Source: an uncultured Phycisphaerales bacterium
GTDB taxonomy: Bacteria; Planctomycetota; Phycisphaerae; Tepidisphaerales; Tepidisphaeraceae
DNA: 64,000 nt
Direction of reading: 5' to 3'
NCBI GenBank assembly: GCA_963755915.1
Contig: CAVWLP010000003.1
Span: forward strand, 928,001 to 992,000
Part shown: positions 47,326 through 58,065 of the stretch, piece after piece
How the letters are laid out: each line of letters begins with the position of its first letter
Position numbering within the stretch: the first letter of the stretch is position 1
The notes under the pieces: model-generated
Seen by the model: only the letters and a program-made list of their open reading frames with translations
Database searches by the model: none
Told to the model about the DNA's origin: nothing
Program-made: the position numbers and the translations under genes

Positions 47326-47511
47326 TTAAGCCGCGCCCGGTTCGGTATTGCGGCTTTCGAGAATCTTCTTGCGAATGTCCGTCGCCGCTGCCTTGATCTC
47401 CTGCATCTTCTTGCGAACACGCGTTCCCGCTGCCTTATTTCCTCCAATGGCCTTGTTGACATCTTCCTCGGCCTCGGCAACGAGGCGCTTGAGGTTCTCA
47501 TATTCCTGCAT
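47326..47511 (-). CDS. Histone H1-like Hc1-family small protein
   Basis: GNKAAGTRVRKKMQEIK..R; GGAGG RBS. Confidence 0.8.
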   Translation of the reverse strand: MQEYENLKRLVAEAEEDVNKAIGGNKAAGTRVRKKMQEIKAAATDIRKKILESRNTEPGAA

Positions 47512-47661
47512 CAAAGCCTCCAATTGGGTTTACCTTGAGACGCGAAAAACTCTAATGGCACCGCCTTTGGGTGTCAAATGGGGGGGGAAACTTTTGGGCA
47601 ATGTTTGGGAATTTTTAACAGGTCGTGTGGAAACCCGCCGCAATTTGCAGAAAAAGGGGGA

Positions 47662-48519
47662 CTAGCCCCGCACGTGCTTGGCAAACGCTTCCACCAGCCG
47701 GCGTGTAAGCTGACCGGGCGTCCCCGTTCCAATCGGCCGCCCGTCGATCCGCGTCACCGGCACCACTTCCGCTGCCGTCCCCGTCAGGAAGCATTCATCC
47801 GCAATATAAAGATCGTGCCGCTGAAGCGATTTCTCCACGCATGGAATTGATAGCCGCTTGCAAAGCTCCATGATCACTTTCCGCGTCACGCCCTCCAGAA
47901 TCCCATCCGACGTTCCCGGCGTCTGAACCTGACCCTCGCGAACGATGAAAATATTGTCACCCGTACACTCCGCCACATTCCCCTCAAGATTCAGCATGAC
48001 CGCTTCCGGAACATTGGCATCCGCCGCCTCGATCTTCGCCAGGATGTTGTTCAGGTAGTTCAAGCTCTTGATCCGCGGGGAGAGCGAGTTGGCATGCGTC
48101 CGCACCACCGACGAGGTGATGATCGACATCCCTTTCTGATACGTCTCCGGTGGATAAAGCTCGATGGTATCGGCAATAATGAACGCCGAGGCAGTGGGAC
48201 ACTTGTTTGGATTCAGTCCCAGATATCCCACCCCCCGCGTCACCACCAGCCGGATGTAGCAATCCGAAAAGTTGTTGATGGCCACCGTCTCCAGCATGGC
48301 CGCCTTAAGCTGCTCCGGCGTCCGCGGCAGATTCAGCCGGATCGCCCGCGCCGAATCCATCAGCCGCTTGAGATGCGCCTCGCACTCAAAAATCTGCCCC
48401 GAATAAACCCGAATCCCCTCAAAAACCCCATCGCCATAGAGCAGACCATGATCGTAAACGCTCAGTTTCGCGTTATCGCGATCATAGAACTTTCCGTCGA
48501 TCCAAATCTTGAGGGACAT
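47662..48519 (-). CDS. ilvE: Branched-chain amino acid aminotransferase
   Basis: DHGLLYGDGVFEGIR, YIRLVVTRG, KSLNYLNN, LEGVTR, FLTGTAAEV. Confidence 0.95.
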   Translation of the reverse strand: MSLKIWIDGKFYDRDNAKLSVYDHGLLYGDGVFEGIRVYSGQIFECEAHLKRLMDSARAIRLNLPRTPEQLKAAMLETVAINNFSDCYIRLVVTRGVGYLGLNPNKCPTASAFIIADTIELYPPETYQKGMSIITSSVVRTHANSLSPRIKSLNYLNNILAKIEAADANVPEAVMLNLEGNVAECTGDNIFIVREGQVQTPGTSDGILEGVTRKVIMELCKRLSIPCVEKSLQRHDLYIADECFLTGTAAEVVPVTRIDGRPIGTGTPGQLTRRLVEAFAKHVRG

Positions 48520-48564
48520 GCCAAAATAATAGCCGGATTTGGTAACAGTTGCGAGAGACAAGTT

Positions 48565-48617
48565 GAAGCGGCGTCCCGCCGCTTGCCCATCTTAAAGCGG
48601 CGGGACGCCGCTTCTAC
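48565..48617. repeat. GTAG-type REP doublet
   Basis: Perfect 20-bp inverted pair GAAGCGGCGTCCCGCCGCTT/AAGCGGCGGGACGCCGCTTC followed by TAC. Confidence 0.8.
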
Positions 48618-49327
48618 AATCCACATTTTCCAACTCCCCGCTTTCAAGCACCAAAACCCGATCCGCCCGCCGGGCCAGCGTTCGGTCGTGCGTCACCAAG
48701 ATGATCGTCTGGTTATTCTGCTGATGGAGCCGCTCCAAAACCCCCATGATCTGCCTCCCTGTCTCCACATCCAGATTTCCCGTCGGCTCATCCGCAAACA
48801 GCACCCGGGGATTATTCATCAGCGCCCGCGCGATCGCGACCCGCTGCCTTTCCCCGCCGCTGAGATGCTGCGGCCGATGCCGCAGGCGGTGCTCCAATCC
48901 CATCTCCGCCAGCAACCGCCGCGCCTTGGTCTTTGAGCGCTGCGGATTTCGACCCATACGCCGGCAGCGAATGCTCAATCATCGACGCCAGCATCGTGTT
49001 CTCCAGGACGTTCAACTCCGGCAGCAGATGATAAAACTGAAACACGAACCCAAACTGCGCGCACCGCAAAAGCGCCCGCTGCGCCGCCGGCAGCCGCGCA
49101 ATCTCTTTCCCCTCAAACATCACCGTCCCCCCGCTCGGCTCGTCCAGCGCCCCCAGGATATGCAGCAGCGTGCTCTTCCCCGATCCGCTGCGTCCTTCAA
49201 TGGCAATAAATTCCCCTGCCGACACGCTTAGATTCACATTCTTCAGCACCTGAATCTGGCTGTCCCCCATGCGGAACGTCTTCCGCAAGCCGCTGGAGGT
49301 GAGAATGTTCTTGGCGCCCTGGGTCAT
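48592..49327 (-). CDS. lolD: LolD-like ABC ATPase (frameshift ~48930)
   Basis: GRSGSGKST, FVFQFYHLLPE, LSGGERQR, ADEPTGNLD. Confidence 0.85.
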
Positions 49328-49328
49328 C

Positions 49329-51002
49329 TCATTCCCACCGCAGCGCATCCACCGGATTCATTCGCGCCGCCCGGATCGCCGGCACCAGCGCCCCCAGCAC
49401 CGAAGACAAAATCGCCACCGAAACGATAATCACCACATCCCGCTGCTCCATGGTGTTGGGAATTGTGTCAAACAGATAGGTCTTGGCGTTCCAGATTTCG
49501 ATCCCCAGATGCCGCCCCATCCAGGCGTGCAGCTCATTAATGTTGTGCACCACCAGATAAGCCAGCAGCAATCCCATCCCGCCCCCCACGATGCCAATGC
49601 TCAGGCCATACCCCAGGAAAATCGCCGCCACATTCGCCCCCGTTGCCCCCACGCTTTTGATAATGCCGATATCCCGCGTCTTCTCCATCACGATCATGAA
49701 GAAGATGCAGAAGATCAGAAAAATCGCCACGATGCTGATGATCGCGAAGAGAATCACCAGCAGCGATTCCTCATGCTCCACCGCGTTCAGGAAATCCTGC
49801 TGGTGCTCATACCACGTCTCCACCTTAAGCTCCCCGGCATCTGTGTACGCCAGGTTGTTCTTCTGAAGCACATCGCCCACGACATCCGAAACCTTCGATT
49901 TCACCGCCTCCAGATCGCTCCCCGGCTTCACGCTGATCAGCAGCTCCGTGCAGCGGGCCGGAATCGTGATCGGCTTGCCCGTCGTCGCGTCCGTGGCCGG
50001 CTGCTGGTTCATCTCCAACTGCGTCTGCAATTCGTCAAACGGAAGATAAACCCGGTTCGTATCCACCTGGAAAACATTCGTATGGCTGTCGTCGATCAGC
50101 CAATAGTTATTGGTGACGGTCTTGGCCTGCAACGGATCTGAAACGTCCACATCGCTGGCCTTCAGCGCTGTCAGCTTCACCCGGGCCCGGTAAATAAAAT
50201 CCTCTCGGGCATCGTTCCCCCGCAACCCAATCACCCCGCTGCCAACAATAATCCCCCCCCACCTCGTCGGCGTCCCCTTAAACCCCTGATCCGCATACAC
50301 CGCGCTCGGCAGCGGCTTATCCCACGACGGAAACGACGCCGCCTTCGCCCGCAGCGACTGGGCCATCGCCTGCTCGTCCTGCGCATCGGCTTCCATCCCT
50401 GACGCCTCCGCCTGCTGCAAAAAATCGTTCGAAGACGCCCGCGTCGCCGCCCGCGCCTTTGCGCTGGCGGCGTTGTCCTCCAGTTGCTTCGCCCAGGTCA
50501 GCAGCACATCCGGCTGAAGATGCAAGCTCTTCACGAACCCGTTCACCTCCCCAATCTGCTTCAGATCAACCCCCACGACTTCCACCGGCACCCGAATCTG
50601 GCTCGAATCCCACGAACCCCCGATCTCCGCAAAGCCCCAGGTATGAATCGTCGGTGTGACCGCCTTGATCTCCGGAATCTCGCGAATTCCCGCCATCATC
50701 TGCTCATACCCCGAAAACCCGTCCAGCGACTGCCGATAGACGATCAGATCCCCGATGAGATCGTGGTTCGTCTCCCGAAACATCCGCAGCCAGCCTCCCA
50801 TGACGCTGATCACGATCAGAACCATGGCCGTGCAAAGCATCACCGCAATCAGCGAAACCCAGGCGATCCGGCGCTTCATCAGATAGCGGAGCATGAGCTT
50901 GGAAACCAGACGGGGGCCGGTGAGGACCTGCCAGAGAGCCAGTAGCGCAGCAATGGGGCCGAGGGCGATCAGGACGTAGATGATGATTTGGGAGGTGGAC
51001 AT
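49329..51002 (-). CDS. LolC/LolE-like ABC permease
   Basis: LIVISVMGG, EKTRDIGIIKSVGA, PAIRAARMNPVDALRWE. Confidence 0.85.
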   Translation of the reverse strand: MSTSQIIIYVLIALGPIAALLALWQVLTGPRLVSKLMLRYLMKRRIAWVSLIAVMLCTAMVLIVISVMGGWLRMFRETNHDLIGDLIVYRQSLDGFSGYEQMMAGIREIPEIKAVTPTIHTWGFAEIGGSWDSSQIRVPVEVVGVDLKQIGEVNGFVKSLHLQPDVLLTWAKQLEDNAASAKARAATRASSNDFLQQAEASGMEADAQDEQAMAQSLRAKAASFPSWDKPLPSAVYADQGFKGTPTRWGGIIVGSGVIGLRGNDAREDFIYRARVKLTALKASDVDVSDPLQAKTVTNNYWLIDDSHTNVFQVDTNRVYLPFDELQTQLEMNQQPATDATTGKPITIPARCTELLISVKPGSDLEAVKSKVSDVVGDVLQKNNLAYTDAGELKVETWYEHQQDFLNAVEHEESLLVILFAIISIVAIFLIFCIFFMIVMEKTRDIGIIKSVGATGANVAAIFLGYGLSIGIVGGGMGLLLAYLVVHNINELHAWMGRHLGIEIWNAKTYLFDTIPNTMEQRDVVIIVSVAILSSVLGALVPAIRAARMNPVDALRWE

Positions 51003-51011
51003 CAGATTGCC

Positions 51012-51150
51012 AAACCAGAAATCCGAAACCAGAATTCCGAATCAATGCCCGAAATCCGAATGACGAATGATGAGCGGACCAATTGCAATTTCATTCGGAT
51101 TTCGGTCATTCGGATTTGATTCGTCATCCTGGTTTCTGGTTTCGGATTTC
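51012..51150. repeat. Palindromic heptamer array
   Basis: AAACCAG/AAATCCG/AATGACG units opposed by TTCGGAT/TTCGTCA/CTGGTTT units. Confidence 0.75.
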
Positions 51151-52630
51151 AATCCTGCGGTTTCATCAGCGGAAACAAAATCACGTCCCTGATGCTCTCC
51201 GCTCCCGTCAGCATCATCACCAGCCGATCGATCCCCAGCCCCAGCCCCCCCGCCGGGGGCATCCCAACCCGCAGCGCGTTCAAAAAATCCTCATCCATTT
51301 TCTGCTGCTCCTCCTTGTCACCCACCTGGTGCGCAGAGTTCTGCGCCTGCATGTCCGGGTCATTCAATTCGGTATACCCCGGCGAAATCTCGACGCCGTT
51401 GATCGCCAGCTCGTAAACATCCGCAAAAAACGGATCGGCCTGATTCTTCCTCGCCAGCGGGATGATTACCGATGGAATATGCGTCACAAAACAGGGATCG
51501 GTCAGCGTATGCTCGATCATCTTCTCATACACCTGGAAAAGCTGCTCGGCCGGCGAAATCTGCCCAAGCCGCCCCCGCACGCTCGCAAGCTCCGGGTTTG
51601 ACATCAGCTCCGGGTTCGCCTCTTCCAGCGGCCGCTTGTCAAACTTCCACCCCGTGCGCTCTTCCACAAGCTGGTCGATCCGCACGCGTCGCCACGGCCT
51701 GTTCAAATTGATCTTACGCCCGCTGGCATGCGTGATTTCAAGCGTTCCCAGCACCTTTTGCGCCACGGTGACGATCAGCTCCTCCACCAGGTCCGCCATT
51801 GTCTCCCAGCTTCCGTATGCCTCATAGACCTCCAGCATGGTGAACTCAGGATTATGCCGCGGGCTGATGCCTTCGTTTCGAAAATTCCGATTCAGCTCAA
51901 AAACTTTGGTGAATCCGCCCACGAGCAGCCGCTTGAGATATAGCTCCGGCGCGATCCGCATATAGAGCGGAATATCCAGCGCATTGTGATGTGTGACAAA
52001 CGGCTTGGCCGCCGCCCCTCCCGCCAAGATCTGCATCATCGGCGTTTCCACCTCGACAAAGCCCTTTGACGCCAAAAATTGCCGGACTTCTTTTACGATC
52101 TCAATGCGCAATTTCAGCACGCGCATCACGTCCGGATTCGCCCACAGATCGATATACCGCTGCCGATAGCGCAGCTCCACGTCGCTCAGCCCTTCCCACT
52201 TCGCGGGCGGCGGCAGCAGCGCCTTCGACGAAATCGAAACCCCCGCCGCCCACACCGTTGTCTCTCCCTTGTTTGTCTGCCCGAGTTTGCCTGACACGAC
52301 GAGCAAATCCCCAAGATCGATCAAATCCCGCACCTGCCAGTCGCGCTCGGAGAGCCGCTTCTTATCCAGGGCCACCTGCAAATCGCCCGATTCATCGCGC
52401 AGGGTCAGAAAGCTCAGCTTGCCCATATCGCGCTTGAGCATTACCCGGCCGGCAACCGTGACCTCCGGCCCTCCATCGTGCCCCATCTCCGGCTTATATT
52501 GCGATTTGACTGCCCCCAATGGCTGAATCCCGGCCGTGCGGCCGCCGTACGGATCAACGCCGATTTCCCGCAGCCGGGCCAGTTTCTGGCGCCGCTCCTG
52601 CTCATAATGGCTTGGCGATTCGTTGGACAT
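51149..52630 (-). CDS. lysS: Lysine--tRNA ligase (class II)
   Basis: RYRQRYIDL, FVEVETP, RIAPELYLKRL, FRNEG, HNPEFT, GMPPAGGLGLGIDRL. Confidence 0.97.
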   Translation of the reverse strand: MSNESPSHYEQERRQKLARLREIGVDPYGGRTAGIQPLGAVKSQYKPEMGHDGGPEVTVAGRVMLKRDMGKLSFLTLRDESGDLQVALDKKRLSERDWQVRDLIDLGDLLVVSGKLGQTNKGETTVWAAGVSISSKALLPPPAKWEGLSDVELRYRQRYIDLWANPDVMRVLKLRIEIVKEVRQFLASKGFVEVETPMMQILAGGAAAKPFVTHHNALDIPLYMRIAPELYLKRLLVGGFTKVFELNRNFRNEGISPRHNPEFTMLEVYEAYGSWETMADLVEELIVTVAQKVLGTLEITHASGRKINLNRPWRRVRIDQLVEERTGWKFDKRPLEEANPELMSNPELASVRGRLGQISPAEQLFQVYEKMIEHTLTDPCFVTHIPSVIIPLARKNQADPFFADVYELAINGVEISPGYTELNDPDMQAQNSAHQVGDKEEQQKMDEDFLNALRVGMPPAGGLGLGIDRLVMMLTGAESIRDVILFPLMKPQD

Positions 52631-52656
52631 CCGATTCCCTGATCTTACGGATGCCG

Positions 52657-53154
52657 CTACAAAATGAAACCAAGCACGATCAGCAGGACAACAAACAGCA
52701 GCAGCCCCCACAGCAGCCAGATGACCGCGTTAAATTGCTTCTGTTGGTCCGGCGTTAACTCCTCCGACTCAACCGGCAGCCCGCTCATCGCATTCCACCG
52801 CGGCGGTCTGCTCTGCTGCGCACTGTTCATCCCGCCCCTCGGCGGATCCGGATCGATTGGAAACCCATGCGTCATCGGCTCAAACGACTGCGACTCCCCT
52901 GCCGACGCCAGCAGTTCCCGCGCCCACTCCACCTCTGTCTCCAGCACCAAGAGGTCATACCCCCCATCCGGGTCATCCGTGCTCCGCATCTGCCCGGCGA
53001 TCCCGTGCTTGGCAAGAATCCCCTTGGCCGCATGCCACTGCCCTACCGTCGCAAACGTCTCCATCACCGCCCACGAAAGGGCGGGGCCCGCCCCGCGATA
53101 GTCGATTCCGTCCGAATATTGATCCCCGCCATATTCCATGCCCGAATTCTCCAC
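52657..53154 (-). CDS. Hypothetical protein, DUF2007-like domain plus C-terminal TM helix
   Basis: AKGILAKHGI..GGYDLLV..EWARELL; hydrophobic C-terminus. Confidence 0.55.
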   Translation of the reverse strand: MENSGMEYGGDQYSDGIDYRGAGPALSWAVMETFATVGQWHAAKGILAKHGIAGQMRSTDDPDGGYDLLVLETEVEWARELLASAGESQSFEPMTHGFPIDPDPPRGGMNSAQQSRPPRWNAMSGLPVESEELTPDQQKQFNAVIWLLWGLLLFVVLLIVLGFIL

Positions 53155-53272
53155 CCTTCACATCTTCTCACTCGCAACTCGCAACTCGCAACTTCATTCT
53201 ACTCCCACCTTGACTCCGCCCCCCTCACATCCGACGATTCCTTAAGATACTTTTCTTCAAGGAGTACCCGCC

Positions 53273-54106
53273 GTGATGAAGCTTTGTGGTTTTGCCGATG
53301 AGATTTCCCCCGAACTCGACGAACAGATCAAATGCTGCAAGGAAAACGGGGTCTCCCACTTCGAACTTCGCGGCGTGTGGGGAAAAAATGTCCTCGATTT
53401 CGACAAATCCGTCCGCATCGAAATCAAATCCAAACTGAAATCCAACGGCCTCGCCGTCGCTTCCATCGGTTCCCCCATCGGCAAAGTAAAAATCAACGAG
53501 CCCTGGGAAAAGCATTTCGAGCGATTCAAGATTGCCGTCGATTCCGCTGAGTTTTTTGACGCACCCATGATCCGCGTCTTCAGCTACTACCCCCCCACCG
53601 AAGGTGAGGACATTCACAAGCATCGCGATGAAGTCATCCGCCGGATGAAGGCCAAGGCCGATTTTGTCAAAAATCGCAACGTCACCCTCGTCCACGAAAA
53701 CGAAAAGGGAATCTACGGCGATAAGGGGAAGGACTGCCTCGACATCCTGAAATCCGTCGAATCGCCCAAACTGCGAGCCGCGTTCGATTTCGGCAACTTC
53801 GTACAGGTCGGTGAAAACCCCCTCGACGCGTGGCCCCTTCTCAAACCTTACACCATCCACATCCACATCAAGGACGTGATCGCGAAGGAAGACCGCGCCG
53901 TCCCCGCCGGCCACGGCGACGGACACGTCGAGGAAATCCTCCTCGACCTCAAAAACAGCGGCTACTCCGGTTTCCTCAGCCTCGAACCCCATTTGAAAGC
54001 CGCCGGCCAGTTCAGCGGATTCAGCGGCCCGGCCCTCTTCAAAATGGCCGTCGATGCCCTTAAGGCGATCTGTAAGAAAAATGGAATCGAATTGGCGAGA
54101 GCCTAA
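53273..54106 (+). CDS. Sugar phosphate isomerase/epimerase (TIM barrel)
   Basis: GFADE, GSPIGK, HENE, FDFGN, HIKD, SLEPH. Confidence 0.88.
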   Translation: MMKLCGFADEISPELDEQIKCCKENGVSHFELRGVWGKNVLDFDKSVRIEIKSKLKSNGLAVASIGSPIGKVKINEPWEKHFERFKIAVDSAEFFDAPMIRVFSYYPPTEGEDIHKHRDEVIRRMKAKADFVKNRNVTLVHENEKGIYGDKGKDCLDILKSVESPKLRAAFDFGNFVQVGENPLDAWPLLKPYTIHIHIKDVIAKEDRAVPAGHGDGHVEEILLDLKNSGYSGFLSLEPHLKAAGQFSGFSGPALFKMAVDALKAICKKNGIELARA

Positions 54107-54116
54107 AGAATGCCGA

Positions 54117-55400
54117 ATGCCGATTCAAGAAGCAGTGAAATCTGATCCCCCCCCGCCAACTGCTGAGCATTTCCTGCCCGAAATCATCCCAATAGAAATG
54201 CCCACTCGCCTCTGGATTCCCCTCGGCACGGGCAGCGGCGATGCTAAGCCCAAGCCGCCCGGCACCACAGTCCGCCGCGGCGAGTCCGTCATCGAAAAAG
54301 CCGCCGAATCCTCCCACATCCCCCTCGCCCCCGCCTCCGGAACCCTGGGCAATGACCGCCCCATCCGCCTCACCAGCGGGCGGCCCGCCTCCGCCGTCGA
54401 ACTCATCGTCGGCCCCGATACCGCCCCCCATCAACCCAACCCCGCCGATTTCTGGGAAGAATCCTTCTCCCTCGTTCACTGGCTGGAGCGCATCCGCGCC
54501 GCCGGCGTCTGGGCCGATCGTCACGCCAGCCCCAATCTGATCGGCCAACTCAACCAGATCGTCGCCCGTCCCATCGACACGCTCATCTGCACCATCCTCG
54601 ACACCGACGCCACGCTGCGCCTCAACGCCGCCATGGCCGCCCAAAACGCCGACGCCGTCGCCCTCGGTGTCTCGGTCCTGGCCCAAATCACCGGCGCCCG
54701 CCGGTCCATCATCGCCGTTGAAATGCTCGGCGACCCGCGCTGGATCACCCCCATCCGCCGCGCCGCCCGCGCGGCAAATCTCGAAATCGTCGAAGTCCCC
54801 AATCAATATCCGCAGTCTGACCCGACGCTGATGATCTACACGCTCACCAGCCGCCGGCTACGGCCCGGCAATCTCCCCACGACCGTGGCCGTCATGCTCC
54901 TCGACGCCGCCGCGGCACTCGCCGTCGGCAAGTGCGCCCTGGGATACCACATGCTCACCGTACCCATCGCCGTCCACGACCACTCCCGCCGAATCTCCCG
55001 CATCTGCGAAGCGCCCGTCGGCGCAACCGTTCTCCACGTCCTGGAAAACCTCGGCATCCCCGCCGAGGAAATCAACGTTCGCGGCGGCGACCTGCTGCGC
55101 GACCTCCGCCTGCGCCCCGACGCGGTCATCGCCGGGGGCGAGCTCGTCCTTCACATCACCGGCCCCGAAGCCCCCGTCGTTCCCGAGCACTGCATTCGCA
55201 GCGCCTGGTGCCTCGAAGCCTGCCCCACCCAGGTCCAACCCGGTTTCATCCTCGACGCCATCCAGCGCGATGACCCGAAAATGGCCCAGCGCGCCGGCAT
55301 CGGCGCCTGCATCGAGTGCGGCCTCTGCTCCCACGTCTGCCCCTCACGACTCCCCCTCCTGCAAGCCATCAGAGAATTCCGCGGCAAGCAATACGATTAA
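54117..55400 (+). CDS. Divergent RnfC/RsxC-like Fe-S protein
   Basis: RnfC domain order: IPL..G..V..G..AP.SG; IRAAGV; YPQ; PVG; CIRSAWCLEACP and CIECGLCSHVCPS. Confidence 0.75.
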   Translation: MPIQEAVKSDPPPPTAEHFLPEIIPIEMPTRLWIPLGTGSGDAKPKPPGTTVRRGESVIEKAAESSHIPLAPASGTLGNDRPIRLTSGRPASAVELIVGPDTAPHQPNPADFWEESFSLVHWLERIRAAGVWADRHASPNLIGQLNQIVARPIDTLICTILDTDATLRLNAAMAAQNADAVALGVSVLAQITGARRSIIAVEMLGDPRWITPIRRAARAANLEIVEVPNQYPQSDPTLMIYTLTSRRLRPGNLPTTVAVMLLDAAAALAVGKCALGYHMLTVPIAVHDHSRRISRICEAPVGATVLHVLENLGIPAEEINVRGGDLLRDLRLRPDAVIAGGELVLHITGPEAPVVPEHCIRSAWCLEACPTQVQPGFILDAIQRDDPKMAQRAGIGACIECGLCSHVCPSRLPLLQAIREFRGKQYD

Positions 55401-55520
55401 CCGAATTCGCCCCTCTCTCGCAGATTTTTCTTCCATTCGGCAATTGGCAATCGGCAATCGGCAATCGGCAATCTCCCCCTCCCTTGCATTCCCCTCACCC
55501 CCAGCCGTACGTTTACGTCA

Positions 55521-56700
55521 ATGCCCGACGCTGCCGCCCCCGCGCCTCGCCCCCTCCCCCCTCCACAGCGGCATCTGCGTCCCCACCTTCATCTCCATTC
55601 AGATCATCGCCACCATGTTCCCGCTCCTCGCCGGTGTTGCAGTCTACGGCTGGCGCGCCGCGGGCACCGTCTGCGTCGTCCTCGTCAGCGCCCTCGGAAC
55701 CACCGTCGCCCTCAGCCGAGTAGGTTGGCGCGGAAGGCAAATCAAACTCTGGCACTGCATCTGGCTCGCCATCCTCGTCTCCCTCATGCTCCCCGCCCAT
55801 CTTCTCACCCGCCAAACCGTCAACGGCCAGCTCGTCTGGCCCATCCTCCCCGCCGCGGGTGTCACCGTCGCAATCCTCGTCTGGCTCCTCGGAGGCCTTG
55901 GCACCCAGCGCATCCCACCCTCCGTCGTCACCATCCTGCTCCTCTTCGTTCTCTTCCACGAATTCCTCACCCCTCAATTTGTTCTGAGAATCGATCGGCT
56001 CTTCGTCGGCGATCTGCTCGACGCCGATCCCACCCAGCAACTCGTCCCCTCGCAACAGCCCTGGTTTCAGCGCACGCCCGCGACCGGCTTCGATTCACTT
56101 GCACGCCCACCCGTCGCCAGCCAGTTACTGACGTATACCTCTTCGCAACAACGCCCCGACCGTACCAGCGTCACCATGCAGATGATGCTGCGCGACCAAT
56201 TGCCCCCGCTGGAAAACCTCATCATCGGCGGCGAAAGCAACTCCATCGGCAACGCCAGCGCCGCCGCCATCATCCTCGGCGGGCTCTTCCTCCTCTACGA
56301 AGGCATCATCGACTTCCGCATCCCCCTCCTCGGCACGCTCTCCGCCATGGCCACCCTCCTCACTCTCCCCACTCCCATCTTCATCACCGAAGCCGGCGCC
56401 CAGTGGCGATGGTTTGCCTTCCGCTGGCACTACCTCGGCTGGCCCACCGCCATGACCTTCGTCAACTACGAAATCTTCGCCTCCCCCCTTCTCTTCACGC
56501 TCTTCTATCTGGCCACCGCCCCCGGCTTGCGCCCCATCACCCGCCGCGGCCGCGCCATCTTCGCCATCCTCGTCGGCTTCCTCTCCGCCGTCTTCCAAAT
56601 GTACGCCTCCGTCGCTATCGGGCCGTACGTCGCGCTGCTGATTACGGCGCTGCTGACCCCGACCCTCGACCGGGCGATCCGGCCGCGAACGCTTGTCTAA
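55521..56700 (+). CDS. Divergent RnfD/NqrB-like membrane protein (frameshift near start)
   Basis: SPLHSG..PLLAGVAVYGWRA; SIGNASAAAIILGGLFLL; LATAPGLRPITRRG; PTLDR. Confidence 0.75.
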
Positions 56701-56705
56701 GAGGC

Positions 56706-57973
56706 ATGACCATGAACACCCGGCGCAATTTCCTCAAATCCCTCGGCGCCGCGGGCATTGCCACTGCCGCTGGCATCGCGTCCAATGCCCGGGCCGCACC
56801 GGCCACCCAAAGCATCCCCGATCAAATGGATGATCGAACTTTCTGGCTGCAAACCCTGCAACGCCTCGCCGCCCCCGTCCTGACCCATCTTTCCCGCCAC
56901 GAACTGAAGCAGGCGATGCCCGTCGAAGCGGCCAATCCCCAGGATCGCCGCCAGTACACCCACCTCGAAGCCTTCGGCCGAACTATGTGCGGCCTCGCAC
57001 CCTGGCTCGCCTCGACCAATCTCCCGGACGCCGAGGAATCCCAACGCCGCCAATTCACCGACCTCGCCCACGCCTCCCTCGACGCCGCGACCGATCCCCA
57101 ATCTCCCGATTTTCTGAACTTCACCCGCGGCGGCCAACCCCTCGTCGACACCGCATTCCTGGCTCAGGCAATTCTGCGCGCCCCAGCGCCCTCTGGCAGA
57201 ATCTAGACTCTCGCGTCCAGGGTCAGGTCGTACAAGCCTTCAAATCTTCCCGCTCCATCCCCACGCCCACTCGAAACAACTGGGTTTTATTCGCCGCCAT
57301 GGTCGAGGCAGCCCTGCATCGCATGGGCGAGCCGACCATCAAGCAGCGACTCGACGATTGCGTAACCCGAATGCTCGCCTGGTACAAAGGTGACGGCATC
57401 TACGGCGACGGGGAGCCGTTTCACTTCGACTACTACAACAGCTTCGTCATCCACCCCATGCTTCTCGACGTCCTGGCCGTCCTGAAGGAGAAAGACAAAT
57501 CCTACGAGCCGGCTTACGCGACCGCCCTCAAGCGCGCACGGCGTTACGCGGTAATCCAGGAGCGCCTGATCGCCCCCGACGGCACCTTCCCCTCCGTCGG
57601 CCGATCGACAACCTATCGTTTCGGCGCCTTCCACGCCCTCGCCCAAATCTCCTTGATGGGCCAATTGCCCGACTCGCTGAAACCCGCCCAGGTCCGCGCC
57701 GCCCTGACCGCCGTCATGCGCAAAACGCTCGCCCCCCCCGAAACCTTCGACGCGCAAGGCTGGCTGCGCATCGGCTTCTGCGGCCATCAACCCGCCCTGG
57801 CCGAGCAATACATCTCCACCGGCAGCCTCTATCTCTGCACCGCCGCCCTCCTCCCCCTCGGCCTCCCCCCGGCCGACCCTTTCTGGTCCTTACCTTCCGC
57901 CCCCTGGACCTCCCAACAACTCTGGTCGGGCGAAAACCTCCCCACCGACCACGCCCTTCCCGATTCTTTATAA
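56706..57973 (+). CDS. Tat-exported DUF2264 protein (frameshift ~57185)
   Basis: TRRNFLK; HLEAFGR..GLAPWL, QPLVDTAFLA, NNW.LF, GDG.YGDG, DYYNS, GRS..YRFG, YISTGSLY. Confidence 0.85.
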
Positions 57974-58065
57974 ATTGACGCGATTTCCGCGCTTCCGCAC
58001 CGTCCTATCTAAATACCGATCCCCCTATCCAGTTAGATACCGGATCGGCGAAAATACCCGGTTCA

